From assembly GCA_037444625.1 (NCBI GenBank), contig JBBIMA010000018.1, forward strand, positions 1-64,000: a stretch of 64,000 bases of DNA, read 5' to 3'. The translations under genes and the position numbers were made by a program. The notes under the pieces are model-generated. The model saw only the letters and a program-made list of their open reading frames with translations, searched no databases and was not told the origin of the DNA. This stretch comes from Solibacteraceae bacterium. Its GTDB lineage: Bacteria; Acidobacteriota; Terriglobia; Bryobacterales; Bryobacteraceae. Each line of letters begins with the position of its first letter. Within the stretch, counting starts at the first letter, position 1. Shown here piece after piece: positions 29,489-42,119 of this stretch.

Positions 29489-30154
29489 TCAGTTCGACTC
29501 CGCCCCGCCGGAGCGCTCGCCCGCCGCCCCCTCCAGCAGCTCGCGGATCTGCTCATCGGTGTTCTGCGGGAAGTCGAAATACCACAGGCCCACCGAGTAG
29601 AAAGGCTCCGGAGTGAAATCGCAGACCACCTCGTCGGCCTCGCCTTCCAGCAGCTCGCAGGCCTGCGGCGCCGCGACCGGCGCGGCCACCACCAGGCGCG
29701 CCGGCTGCAAGGCGCGCAGGGCGGCCACCGCCGCCCGCATGGTCGAGCCGGTGGCAATGCCGTCGTCCACCAGGATCACGGTCCGCCCGGCGATCTGGAG
29801 CGGGGGCCGCGATCCCCGGTAGAGGCGCTCGCGGCGCTCCAGCTCGCGCTGCTCCTGCTCGGCCACTTCTTCGATCACCTGGGCGGGAATCCCCCAGAGC
29901 TCGACCACGGAGGGATTCAGCACTCGCACCCCGCCGCTGGCGATGGCCCCCATGGCCAGCTCCTCCTGCCCGGGAGCGCCCAGCTTGCGCACCACGAACA
30001 CCTCCAGCGGGGCACCCAGCGCCCGGGCCACTTCGCAGGCCACCACCACGCCGCCGCGAGGCAGCCCCAGCACCAGCACGTCCGGCCGGTTGCGGTACGC
30101 CGCCAACTTCTCCGCCAGTCGGCGCCCGGCTTCCGTCCGATCCCGGTAGCGCAT
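29489..30154 (-). CDS. phosphoribosyltransferase-domain protein
   Basis: PRPP-binding motif [14 protein letters not shown]. Confidence 0.7.
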   Translation of the reverse strand: MRYRDRTEAGRRLAEKLAAYRNRPDVLVLGLPRGGVVVACEVARALGAPLEVFVVRKLGAPGQEELAMGAIASGGVRVLNPSVVELWGIPAQVIEEVAEQEQRELERRERLYRGSRPPLQIAGRTVILVDDGIATGSTMRAAVAALRALQPARLVVAAPVAAPQACELLEGEADEVVCDFTPEPFYSVGLWYFDFPQNTDEQIRELLEGAAGERSGGAESN

Positions 30155-30229
30155 GGCCGCAGAGCCAGTTTAAGACGAACGCCGGCCTCCGTGGCGATTT
30201 GACAGCGCGGCGCGGGAGCGGGCAAAGTA

Positions 30230-31387
30230 GTGGTTCCGCCCATGAAGGTTCTCGAGCCCGAAAGCCCCGAGCAGTTGGCCGAGACGCTGCGCGAGGCGGC
30301 CGCCGCGGGGCGCAGCATCGCGCTGGGGGGCGGCTTCAGCAAGCAGGCCATGGGAGGACCCGCGCCGCCGGCCGAGCTGACCGTCTCGACCCGAAGGCTG
30401 AACCGCGTCCTCGAGTATGACCCGCGCGACCTCACCGTCAGCGTGGAGGCCGGCATGAGCTTCGCCGACTTCAGCCGCCTGCTGGCCGGTCACGGCCAGA
30501 TGGCGCCGCTCGATCCCTTCCTGCCCGAGCAGGCCACGGTGGGGGGAGTGCTGGCGGCCAATATCAGCGGCCCCCGGCGTCGTCTGTACGGCACGGCGCG
30601 AGACATGCTGATCGGGATGCGCTTCGCCAGCCTGGAAGGCAAGTTGATCGAATCCGGCGGCATGGTGGTGAAGAACGTGGCCGGGTTGGATCTGGCCCGC
30701 CTGATGGTGGGCTCGTTCGGGACCCTGGCCGCCATCGTTTCGGCCAACTTCCGGCTGGCGCCCATCCCGCCCGGCTGGCGCACCTTCCTGCGCGCCTGCC
30801 CGAGCCTGGAGGCGGCGCTGGCGGCCCGGGATGCCGTCCTGGGCAGCCTGCTTCAGCCGGCGGCGCTGGACCTGCTGAATCCGGGCGCCGCTGTGCGGCT
30901 CGGGCGGGAGGGCTTCCTGGTGGCCCTGGAAGCGGGCGGCAGCCCGGCCGTGCTCGATCGCTACGCTCGGGAGCTGGCCGACTGGCGAGCGCTGGATCCG
31001 ACCGAAGCGGAGGCCTTCTGGCGCGGCGTGCGGGAATTCACGCCCCAGTTCCTGGCAGCCTGCCCGCAAGGCGCCGTGGTGCGCGTGGCCTCGACCCTCA
31101 CCGGGCTGAAACCGGTGCTGGAGGGGCTGGAAGTCCCCGCGCTGGCGCGCGCCGGCTCGGGCGTCGTATGGGCTTACTTCAGCCGTTGCGAGGCGGCCGC
31201 CGCCTGGGTCCGCCAAGCCGCCGAGCGAGGCTGGAAAGTGGTGATCGAGTTCGCCCCGCCGGAGCGCAAGCCGGAGCTTCCCTTGTGGCCGGCGCCGGGC
31301 CCGGATTTTCCCCTCATGCAGCGGCTGAAGGCGATGTTCGACCCGCGCGGGCTGCTGAACCGGGGCAGACTCTATGGCCGCATCTGA
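30230..31387 (+). CDS. glcE: FAD-binding oxidoreductase, glycolate oxidase GlcE-like subunit
   Basis: PCMH-type FAD-binding domain (GGGFSKQ..VEAGM..KNVAGLDL). Its stop overlaps the start of the next gene. Confidence 0.65.
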   Translation: MVPPMKVLEPESPEQLAETLREAAAAGRSIALGGGFSKQAMGGPAPPAELTVSTRRLNRVLEYDPRDLTVSVEAGMSFADFSRLLAGHGQMAPLDPFLPEQATVGGVLAANISGPRRRLYGTARDMLIGMRFASLEGKLIESGGMVVKNVAGLDLARLMVGSFGTLAAIVSANFRLAPIPPGWRTFLRACPSLEAALAARDAVLGSLLQPAALDLLNPGAAVRLGREGFLVALEAGGSPAVLDRYARELADWRALDPTEAEAFWRGVREFTPQFLAACPQGAVVRVASTLTGLKPVLEGLEVPALARAGSGVVWAYFSRCEAAAAWVRQAAERGWKVVIEFAPPERKPELPLWPAPGPDFPLMQRLKAMFDPRGLLNRGRLYGRI

Positions 31388-32678
31388 GACGGCAACGGCG
31401 GCGGGGCCGCGCCTGTTCGATCTGGACCGATGCGTGCACTGCGGCCTGTGCTTGAACGCCTGTCCGACCTACCGCGAGCTGGGCCTGGAGGCCGATTCGC
31501 CGCGCGGGCGGATTTACCAGATGGTGCGCGTAGCCGAAGGGGCCGCGTCCCTGACGGAATCCTACGTCCGGCACCTGGATTTGTGCCTGGCCTGCCGGGC
31601 TTGCGAAACCGCCTGTCCCTCGGGCGTACCTTACGGCCGCTTGATCGAGGCGGCCCGCGAGGCGATCGAGCGGGCGGTGCGCCGCCCGTGGCCGGCGCGT
31701 CTGGCGCGGCGGCTGGCGCTCGATTACCTGCTGCCCTCCCCTGCCCTGCTGCGACTGGCCGGCGGGCTGCTGTGGATTTACGAGGCCAGCGGGTTGCGGA
31801 AGCTGGCGGAGTCCTCCGGGTTGCTGGATGAGCTGGGCGCGCCGGGCAGGCTGGCCCGACTGGCGCCTTCCGCCGAACGGCCCTTCTTCTTCCGGCATCT
31901 GGGCAAGGTTTTCCCGGCCGAAGGCGAGCGGCGCTACCGGGTGGCGTTGCTGGCGGGCTGCGTGGCGAGCGTCTCCTTCGCTCGCCTGAACGAGGCGACC
32001 GTGCGGGTGCTCACCCGGAACGGCTGCGAGGTCAGCGTGCCGCCCGGGCAAACCTGCTGCGGCGCCCTGCACGCCCACACGGGACGACTCGCGAAGGCGC
32101 GCGAGCTGGCCCGGCGCAACATTGACGCCTTCCTGGCGGGCGGCTTCGACGCCATCCTGACCAACGCCGCCGGCTGCGGCTCGACCATGAAGGAATACGG
32201 TCAACTGCTCGAAGACGATCCCGCCTGGCGCGAGTCTGCGGCCCGTTTCGCGCGCTCGGTGCGGGACGTGACCGAATTCCTGTCTGCCATCGAGCCGGAT
32301 CCCCGGCTGGGTCCCGTCCCGGCCGTGGCCACCTATCAGGATTCCTGCCACCTGGCGCACGGGCAGAAGATCCGGGCCGCGCCCCGCAAGCTGTTGCGGG
32401 CCGTACCGGGCCTGGAGTTCCGCGAGCTGCCCTTCGCCGACCTCTGCTGCGGGAGCGCCGGCATCTACAACGCGATTCACGGGGAAATGGCCGACCGGAT
32501 CCTGCGCAGCCAGTTCGCCCGCATCAACGCCCTGGGAGTGGACCTGATCGCCACCGCCAACCCGGGCTGCATGTTGCAGCTCCGCTACGGCGCAGCCCGC
32601 TTCGGCCGCGGCCAGCGCGTCCGCCACGTCATCGAGGTGCTGGACGAGGCCTACCGCAACTACCGCCCGGAGCGGTAG
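31374..32678 (+). CDS. glcF: (Fe-S)-binding subunit, glycolate oxidase GlcF-like
   Basis: Two 4Fe-4S ferredoxin motifs (CVHCGLCLNACP, CLACRACETACP) plus two CCG domains. Confidence 0.75.
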   Translation: MAASETATAAGPRLFDLDRCVHCGLCLNACPTYRELGLEADSPRGRIYQMVRVAEGAASLTESYVRHLDLCLACRACETACPSGVPYGRLIEAAREAIERAVRRPWPARLARRLALDYLLPSPALLRLAGGLLWIYEASGLRKLAESSGLLDELGAPGRLARLAPSAERPFFFRHLGKVFPAEGERRYRVALLAGCVASVSFARLNEATVRVLTRNGCEVSVPPGQTCCGALHAHTGRLAKARELARRNIDAFLAGGFDAILTNAAGCGSTMKEYGQLLEDDPAWRESAARFARSVRDVTEFLSAIEPDPRLGPVPAVATYQDSCHLAHGQKIRAAPRKLLRAVPGLEFRELPFADLCCGSAGIYNAIHGEMADRILRSQFARINALGVDLIATANPGCMLQLRYGAARFGRGQRVRHVIEVLDEAYRNYRPER

Positions 32679-32711
32679 CTCCGGCCCGCCACGCGCAGGG
32701 CCGTCCCGGCC

Positions 32712-35408
<2,697 letters not shown>

Positions 35409-35468
35409 CGTGGGCTATTGTACTCCCGGCGGGACGAGGATCGGGCGGGCCCTGCCCGGGGCCGGTAC

Positions 35469-37286
35469 ATGCCGGGTCGCGGGGCCGCACACTATAATCG
35501 CAGGGTGCAACTCTCCGCTCTGGACTGGCTGGTCATCGGCTTGTATTTCCTGCTCAGCCTGGCGATCGGGCTGTATTACAAGGCCCGCGCCGGCCGCAGC
35601 ACGCAGGAGTTTTTCCTCTCCGGGCGCGACGTGCCCTGGTGGCTGGCGGGGACCTCGATGGTCGCCACCACCTTCGCCGCCGACACGCCTCTGGCGGTCA
35701 CCGGGCTGGTGGCCAAGGGCGGCATCGCGGGCAACTGGCTGTGGTGGAACTTCGTGGCGGGCGGCATGCTGACGGTGTTTTTCTACGCCCGGCTCTGGCG
35801 GCGGGCGGGCGTAATGACCGACGTCGAGTTCGCCGAACTGCGCTACGCCGGAGCCCCGGCCGCCTTCCTGCGGGGCTTCCGCGCCCTGTATCTGGGCCTG
35901 CCCATCAACTGCATCGTGCTGGGCTGGGTGAACCTGGCCATGGTCAAGATCCTCGAGCACGTGCTGGGCGTCTCCAAGATTCAGGCCCTGGGCCTGACGC
36001 TGGGCATGATCGCCCTGACCTCGCTGATCTCGACGCTTTCCGGCCTGTGGGGCGTGCTGGTGACGGATTTCTTCCAGTTCGCCATTGCCATGGGCATGGT
36101 CATCGTGCTGGCGGTTTTCGCGGTCGGGGCGGTTGGGGGAATGGACAGCCTGCTGGTGCGGCTGGAGGCGGTGGACCGCTTGCGCGCCGCAGCCTCCGGC
36201 GGGCAGGGCTCCCTGCTGAGTTTCGTGCCGGACCTGCACTCCGCCTGGATGCCCATGCTGACCTTCCTGGTCTATATCTCGCTGAACTGGTGGGCGACCT
36301 GGTATCCCGGGGCCGAGCCCGGCGGCGGCGGGTTCGTGGCCCAGCGCATGTTCTCGGCCAAGGATGAGAAGCATTCCCTGCTGGCCACCTTGTGGTTCCA
36401 GATCGCGCACTACGCCCTGCGTCCCTGGCCCTGGATCCTGACCGCGCTGGCGGCGCTGGTGTTGTATCCCGGCCTGGCCGATCCCGAGGTGGGCTACTTG
36501 CAAGTGATGGTCCACCACCTGCCTGCCTCACTCCGGGGGCTGATGGTGGCGGCCTTCGCGGCCGCCTTCATGTCCACCATCGCGACTCAGTTGAACTGGG
36601 GCGCCAGCTACCTGGTGAACGATTTTTATCGCCGCTTCGTGCGGCCGGGCGCCGGCGAGCGCCACTACGTGCTGGCCTCCCGGCTGGCGACCCTCCTTCT
36701 GACCTTGGTCTCGGCGGTGGTGACCTTCTACATGACCTCGATCGCGGCGGCCTGGAAGCTGCTGATCGTCACCGGCGCGGGCACCGGCGGCGTCCTGCTG
36801 CTGCGCTGGTACTGGTGGCGAATCAACGCCTGGAGCGAGGTTTCCTCGATGATCGCGGCCTTCGCGGTCTCCCTGACCATGCAGCTTGCCTGGGGCCTGG
36901 ACAGCGATGATCCCCTGGGCTTCGCCTGGATCATGATCGTCACCATCGCCCTCACCACGGCGGTTTGGCTGACGGTGACGCTGCTGACCCGGCCGGAGCC
37001 GGTGGAAACGCTGCTCGCCTTCTATCGCCGGGTGCGGCCCTCCGGCCCCGGTTGGGCGCCGATCGCCCGGCTGGCGTCGGAACTGCCTCGGCCGGCGGAC
37101 GGCCGGCGGAACCTGGCCGACGCCCTGGCCGGCTGCGTGCTGATTTACGGGGCGCTGTTCGGGGTGGGCAAGCTCTTGTTGAAACAATCCGGGACCGGGC
37201 TGTTGATGCTGGCCTGCGCCCTGGCGGCCGGGGCCTTCATCTACCGCGACCTCAGCCGGCGAGGCTGGCATGCGGCGGCGGATTAG
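35469..37286 (+). CDS. sodium:solute symporter (SSF) family transporter
   Basis: 13-14 TM helices. Alternative GTG start at 35505 sits right before TM1, with a TATAAT-like box at ~35492. The upstream 33804..35468 part of the listed 1160-aa ORF is antisense to acnA and spurious. Confidence 0.8.
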   Translation: MPGRGAAHYNRRVQLSALDWLVIGLYFLLSLAIGLYYKARAGRSTQEFFLSGRDVPWWLAGTSMVATTFAADTPLAVTGLVAKGGIAGNWLWWNFVAGGMLTVFFYARLWRRAGVMTDVEFAELRYAGAPAAFLRGFRALYLGLPINCIVLGWVNLAMVKILEHVLGVSKIQALGLTLGMIALTSLISTLSGLWGVLVTDFFQFAIAMGMVIVLAVFAVGAVGGMDSLLVRLEAVDRLRAAASGGQGSLLSFVPDLHSAWMPMLTFLVYISLNWWATWYPGAEPGGGGFVAQRMFSAKDEKHSLLATLWFQIAHYALRPWPWILTALAALVLYPGLADPEVGYLQVMVHHLPASLRGLMVAAFAAAFMSTIATQLNWGASYLVNDFYRRFVRPGAGERHYVLASRLATLLLTLVSAVVTFYMTSIAAAWKLLIVTGAGTGGVLLLRWYWWRINAWSEVSSMIAAFAVSLTMQLAWGLDSDDPLGFAWIMIVTIALTTAVWLTVTLLTRPEPVETLLAFYRRVRPSGPGWAPIARLASELPRPADGRRNLADALAGCVLIYGALFGVGKLLLKQSGTGLLMLACALAAGAFIYRDLSRRGWHAAAD

Positions 37287-40038
37287 CGGGCTGCTCGCCC
37301 TGGCGGCGGCCGCTTGGGCCGGCCCGGTCGAGTTCGGCCGGGAAGAGTTCGAGCGCGCCCTGCGCGAGCGCGGGCTGAATCCCGCCCGCTTCCGCCTGCG
37401 CACGGAGCTCGACACCGAGGCGCCCGAGAGTTATCGCATCGTCCCGGGCCTGATCACCGGAGGCGATCTGCGCGGCCTGATGTACGGGCTGCTCGAGGCG
37501 GCCGAGCAGATCCGCCACACCGGCCGCCTCTCGGCCGCCCGCGGCCGCCCGGCCACCGCCTTGCGCGGCATCCGGTGGTTCCTGCACAACCGGGACCTCG
37601 AACAAGACTGGTATTACTCCCGCCGGCACTGGCTGGATTTGTTCGCCTGGCTGGCGCGCTGCCGTTTCAATCGCTTCAATCTGGTCTTCGCGCACCAGAC
37701 CAATTATCTGGCCCCGCCCTATCCCTTCTGGCTCGCGCCGGAGGAATTCCCCGAGATTCGGGTGCCGGGGCTGGCGGCGCTGGAGCGCGAGCGGAACCTC
37801 GAGATGCTGCGGTTCGTCTCGCAGGCGGCCGCCGATCACGGCCTGGATTTCACCCTCGGCATCTGGGAGCACGACGTACAGCCCGGCATGAAACCCACGG
37901 TGGTCGGTCTGGGCCCCGATAACATCGGCCCCTACAGTTACGTCGCCCTGCGCAAACTGCTGGCCGCCTGCCCCGCCATTCGCAGCCTCCAGGTGCGGAC
38001 CAACGCGGAATCCGGCATTCCGCCCGAGCGCCAGGTTCCCTTTTACCGGGACTATGTGTTCCGCGCCCTGCGCGAGGCCGGCCGCCGCGTCACACTCGAT
38101 CTGCGCGCCTGGTCGCCGGCCCCGGGAATGATCGAGGCCGCCCGCAGCGCCGGCGTCCCTCTGCGGGTTTCGGCCAAATACTGGGCGGAACATCTCGGCC
38201 GGCCTTACCAGCCGGCGGAAACTTTCCCCGGCTACAGTTACTCGAACTTACTGGAAAAGCCCCGGCCTTACGAGTTCTTTTGGGAAGTCTGGGCGCTCGG
38301 TTCGCATCGCGTGCTGCTCTGGGGCGACCCGGATTACGTGCGCCGCGCCGTGCCCACCTTCGCGCTCTCCGGCTCGGCCGGCTTCGAGATTGACCCGCCC
38401 CTGGCCCAGAAAGGCTTCGGAAACCGGCCGGGCAAGTGGGGCGTGTTCACCCCGGCCGCGAAGGATCGCGTCTGGTGGACCTGGGAATTCGAACGTTACT
38501 GGCTCTTCTACCTGCTCTGGGGCCGGCTGAGCTACGATCCCAAGACTCCCTCCCGGGTCTGGACCGACCAGTTCCGCCGGCGTTTCGGCGCGGCCGCGAT
38601 GGACGCCCTGGAAGCCTACCAGGCGGCCGGCGGGGTGCTCAGCGAACTGGTGGCGGTTCACCTGGCCGATCCCAACATGTACTTGTGGCCGGAAGTCAAC
38701 CCCGGCGGGCTGATTGACGCGTATCTGGAAACGCCGCCCAGCGACTGGCGTTACGTGGCCTCCATCGCTGAGGCGGTCGAGAACCGCCTGAAGGGCGCCG
38801 CCTCCGCCAAGCAAACGCCTCATCAGACCGCCGCCCGGCTGCGCGCGACGGCGGCGCGGATCGAACAGGCGACGGCGCGGGCGCGGGCCGCGGCCGGCGC
38901 TTCCTCGCCCGAATGGCGGGCTTCGGAGCCGGATTTCCTGGTGCTGGCGTCGCTGGCGCGGTATCACGCCCACAAGCAGATCGCCGCCTATGAATTGGCG
39001 TGGTTCTACCGCACGGCCGAGCGGGAGGCCCTCCGGGCGGCTCGCCGGGAGCTGGAGGCCGCCCGGCAGGTCTGGCAGAGACTGGCCGCGCTGACCGACG
39101 GGCTCTATCCTGCCGAAATGGCCTACGGCCCGGCCGACGTCGGTCATTGGAAGGACCGGCTGCCCTACGTCGAGCATGATTTGAAGACCGTAGCCGAGCG
39201 GGAGCGCATCTTCGAGCAACTGGGCCGGTTCGATTACGGTTTCGATTTCGGCGGGCCGGTGGCGCGCCCCCGGGGCGGGGCCGCCTACCGCAACTATCCT
39301 TACATTTGGAGCCACACGGTCGAGCCGCGCTTTCAGGCGGTCGGTCCGGACACCGAGTTCTCCGAGGAGCGTGGCTACGGCTGGCTGAGCGCCGGCCCTC
39401 GCCGGGCGCACGCCTTGCCGCTTGCACCTTATGCGGAGATTCGCTCAGCGGTGAAAGAGCCCCGGCGGCTGCCCGAAAACGTGCTCTACGGAGACTGGAT
39501 CGAGGGCCGTGGGGCGCAGACCTTCCGGGTGCGAACCGGAGAGGGCCGCTTCCGGGTCCTAAGGCTCGGCCCCGACGGCCCCCATGACGCCGGGCTGCTG
39601 GCCGCCCGGCAAGGCTATCTGGACGTCGTGTTTCCCGAGGGCCTCTGGCTGGCCGGCGGCCTGGTCCTCCGGCGGGAGCCGCCCCACCCGCCCGAGGCGC
39701 TGCCGCCGCCGCCCAAGCCTGCCCCTCGCCCGACCATCCTCCATGAAGCGCCCGCGAGCGCCCCGCCCGGCCGGCCCCTCAAGCTGGCCCTGCGGATTTG
39801 GCCCGCCCCGGCCGGCGTGCGCCTCCATTACCGCCCCGTGAATCAACTGGCGCGGTTCAAGACCTTGGAGGCGACCGGCCCGCAACCGGTCTTTGTCATT
39901 TCCGGCGAAGACTTGTCGCCCCGCTGGGACTTGATGTATTACTTCGAAATTCTGGGCCGCGCCGGCGCCGGCTGGTTCCAGCCCGATCCCGCCCTAGCCA
40001 CGCCTTACTACGTAATCAGGATCGAAGAAGGACCCTGA
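37270..40038 (+). CDS. large secreted hypothetical protein, possibly a TIM-barrel glycoside-hydrolase-like enzyme
   Basis: 922 aa with signal peptide MRRRISGLLALAAAAWA. NRFNLVFAHQ..FTLGIWEH resembles glycosidase barrel strands; no family assigned. Confidence 0.45.
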   Translation: MRRRISGLLALAAAAWAGPVEFGREEFERALRERGLNPARFRLRTELDTEAPESYRIVPGLITGGDLRGLMYGLLEAAEQIRHTGRLSAARGRPATALRGIRWFLHNRDLEQDWYYSRRHWLDLFAWLARCRFNRFNLVFAHQTNYLAPPYPFWLAPEEFPEIRVPGLAALERERNLEMLRFVSQAAADHGLDFTLGIWEHDVQPGMKPTVVGLGPDNIGPYSYVALRKLLAACPAIRSLQVRTNAESGIPPERQVPFYRDYVFRALREAGRRVTLDLRAWSPAPGMIEAARSAGVPLRVSAKYWAEHLGRPYQPAETFPGYSYSNLLEKPRPYEFFWEVWALGSHRVLLWGDPDYVRRAVPTFALSGSAGFEIDPPLAQKGFGNRPGKWGVFTPAAKDRVWWTWEFERYWLFYLLWGRLSYDPKTPSRVWTDQFRRRFGAAAMDALEAYQAAGGVLSELVAVHLADPNMYLWPEVNPGGLIDAYLETPPSDWRYVASIAEAVENRLKGAASAKQTPHQTAARLRATAARIEQATARARAAAGASSPEWRASEPDFLVLASLARYHAHKQIAAYELAWFYRTAEREALRAARRELEAARQVWQRLAALTDGLYPAEMAYGPADVGHWKDRLPYVEHDLKTVAERERIFEQLGRFDYGFDFGGPVARPRGGAAYRNYPYIWSHTVEPRFQAVGPDTEFSEERGYGWLSAGPRRAHALPLAPYAEIRSAVKEPRRLPENVLYGDWIEGRGAQTFRVRTGEGRFRVLRLGPDGPHDAGLLAARQGYLDVVFPEGLWLAGGLVLRREPPHPPEALPPPPKPAPRPTILHEAPASAPPGRPLKLALRIWPAPAGVRLHYRPVNQLARFKTLEATGPQPVFVISGEDLSPRWDLMYYFEILGRAGAGWFQPDPALATPYYVIRIEEGP

Positions 40039-40114
40039 GCCAGCCGCTCCCGGGGCGAATTTCCTGTTTTCATTTCCCGCCGCCGGGAGCATACTATTTA
40101 CCGGGAGGTGCCCG

Positions 40115-40474
40115 ATGCCGGTATCCAGGCTCGTGCAGTTGATCCGCCGCGCCAAGCCCCTGACCCTCGAGGAAGGCCTGAACATCCTCAAGCGGGATCA
40201 TTACCGCTGCCAGTACTGCGGTCTGGACGGCGCGGCCAGCTTCGAGAACTACCTGGTGATGTCGGTGGATTTCGTCGTACCGCGGGCCAAAGGCGGCAAG
40301 AAGGAGCCGCGCAACCTGGTGGCCGCCTGCCGCCCGTGCAATCTCCTCAAGGGCCGCCGCTCCTTCCACAGCTTCGAGGAGGCTAAAGCTTACGTGCTCA
40401 AGCGCCGCGAGGAACTGCGCAAGGAGTGGGAATCCCGGATGGCGCGCTTGAAGGGCCACCGGGCGGCCGGCTAG
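40115..40474 (+). CDS. stand-alone HNH endonuclease
   Basis: HYRCQYCG..H..N..AACRPCNLLKG is an HNH/ββα-Me zinc-finger nuclease motif; 119 aa. Confidence 0.7.
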   Translation: MPVSRLVQLIRRAKPLTLEEGLNILKRDHYRCQYCGLDGAASFENYLVMSVDFVVPRAKGGKKEPRNLVAACRPCNLLKGRRSFHSFEEAKAYVLKRREELRKEWESRMARLKGHRAAG

Positions 40475-40550
40475 CCGGCCGGGGCGCGCTGCTCCACCCG
40501 CCTCTCCCGGGCGGGGCGGTTCCCCCCGCCCGCGGCGTACAATAGCGCCG

Positions 40551-42035
40551 ATGCTCACCCGCCGCCAGTTCTGCGCTGCGCCGGTCATCTTCGCCCGCAG
40601 GCCGCCGGAGCGCCCCAACTTCCTCTTCCTCATCTCCGACGACCACGCGGGCTATGTGCTGGGGGCGGACGGCGACCGCCTGGCGCGCACTCCCAACCTG
40701 GACCGCCTCGCCGCCCAGGGCGTTCGTTTCGCCCGCCATTATTGCAACGCGCCGGTGTGCACCCCTTCCCGCCAGTCGTTTCTCACCGGCCTGATGCCCC
40801 ACGCCGTCGGGGTTACCGTGCTCCGAACCGCCCTCCGCGAGGACCAGCCTACTTTGGCCCGGCAGTTGCGCGCCGCCGGTTACTCGACCGCCGTCTTCGG
40901 CAAGATGCATTTCAACCGCCCTCCCGCCCCGGGCCAGCACGGCTTCCAGCTCGTGATGACCGAGGCGGCCGTGGCCGAGGGCTGGAACCGCGAGGTGCGC
41001 CCGCGCCCCGTCCCGCCGGAGATCAAGACCAAGCCCCCCTGGCGGCCCTTCAAAGATCCGGCGCGCATCTGGCTCAACGCCGACAAACTTCCTTTCCCGC
41101 GTTATGACGAAGAGATGCGCGGCACTTACATCGCCCGCCGGGCCGCACGCTTCCTGGAGGAACACCAAGGCGGGCCTTTCGCCCTCTGGGTCAGTTTTCA
41201 GGAGCCGCATTCGCCCTTCGATTTCCCGGTGGAGGACCGCGACCTGTTCGATCCCGCACGCTTCTCCCCGCCCCCGGTGGGACCGGAGGACGCCTGGCAG
41301 ATCCCGCTCATCTTTCGCGGACTGAGCGAGCGCGACAAACAGGGCATCATCGCCGCCTACTATACTTCCGTAGCTTTCCTGGACCGGAACATCGGCCGCG
41401 TGCTGGAGGCGCTCCGGCGGACGGGGCTGGAGCGCAACACTCTGGTCGTCTACATGGGCGACAACGGCTATTGCCTGGGGCATCACGGGCGCTTCGAGAA
41501 GCACTGCTGCTACGAACCGGCCATCCGCATTCCGCTGCTGGTGCGCCGGCCGGGTCGCACCCGCCCGGCCGTGGTGCGCGATCTCACCGAAGCCGTGGAC
41601 ATCGCCCCCACGGTGCTCGATCTGCTGGGAGTCGAGCCGCTTCCCAACCCGCACGGGCGGAGCCTCCGTCCCTATCTGGAAGGCCGCCGGCCGGCACAGC
41701 CGCGCGACTACATCTTCAGCGAGTATCTGGAAAACGAAGAGGCCTGCGTCCGCACCGCCCGCTTCAAGCTGGTCTTCTGCTCCGGCCGGCGGGAGCGCCA
41801 GGACGGCTACCGGACCGACCGCCCCACGCCCGGGCGCTGGATCCGGCTCTACGACCTGGAGGCCGATCCCGGCGAGTTCACCGACGTTGCGGGGAAGTAT
41901 CCCGAGCAGGCGGCTCACTTGCAACGCCTGATGCTGGAGCATTTCCGCCGGACGCATCCCGAGGCGGCCGCCGAGCCCAAGGGACTCTCGGTTCCCGAAG
42001 CGATCGAGTTTTACCTTCGCCCGCGCGACGCTTAG
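40551..42035 (+). CDS. sulfatase (formylglycine-dependent)
   Basis: CTPSR FGly motif with LFLISDDHAG. N-terminal RRQF resembles a TAT motif. Confidence 0.85.
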   Translation: MLTRRQFCAAPVIFARRPPERPNFLFLISDDHAGYVLGADGDRLARTPNLDRLAAQGVRFARHYCNAPVCTPSRQSFLTGLMPHAVGVTVLRTALREDQPTLARQLRAAGYSTAVFGKMHFNRPPAPGQHGFQLVMTEAAVAEGWNREVRPRPVPPEIKTKPPWRPFKDPARIWLNADKLPFPRYDEEMRGTYIARRAARFLEEHQGGPFALWVSFQEPHSPFDFPVEDRDLFDPARFSPPPVGPEDAWQIPLIFRGLSERDKQGIIAAYYTSVAFLDRNIGRVLEALRRTGLERNTLVVYMGDNGYCLGHHGRFEKHCCYEPAIRIPLLVRRPGRTRPAVVRDLTEAVDIAPTVLDLLGVEPLPNPHGRSLRPYLEGRRPAQPRDYIFSEYLENEEACVRTARFKLVFCSGRRERQDGYRTDRPTPGRWIRLYDLEADPGEFTDVAGKYPEQAAHLQRLMLEHFRRTHPEAAAEPKGLSVPEAIEFYLRPRDA

Positions 42036-42119
42036 CCCGACCCGAACTTCCCGGCATCCACGCCGCCTCAGGGCAGCCTGTCGAACCGCACCGCGCCCGG
42101 CGCGATATACTGCCGCTTT

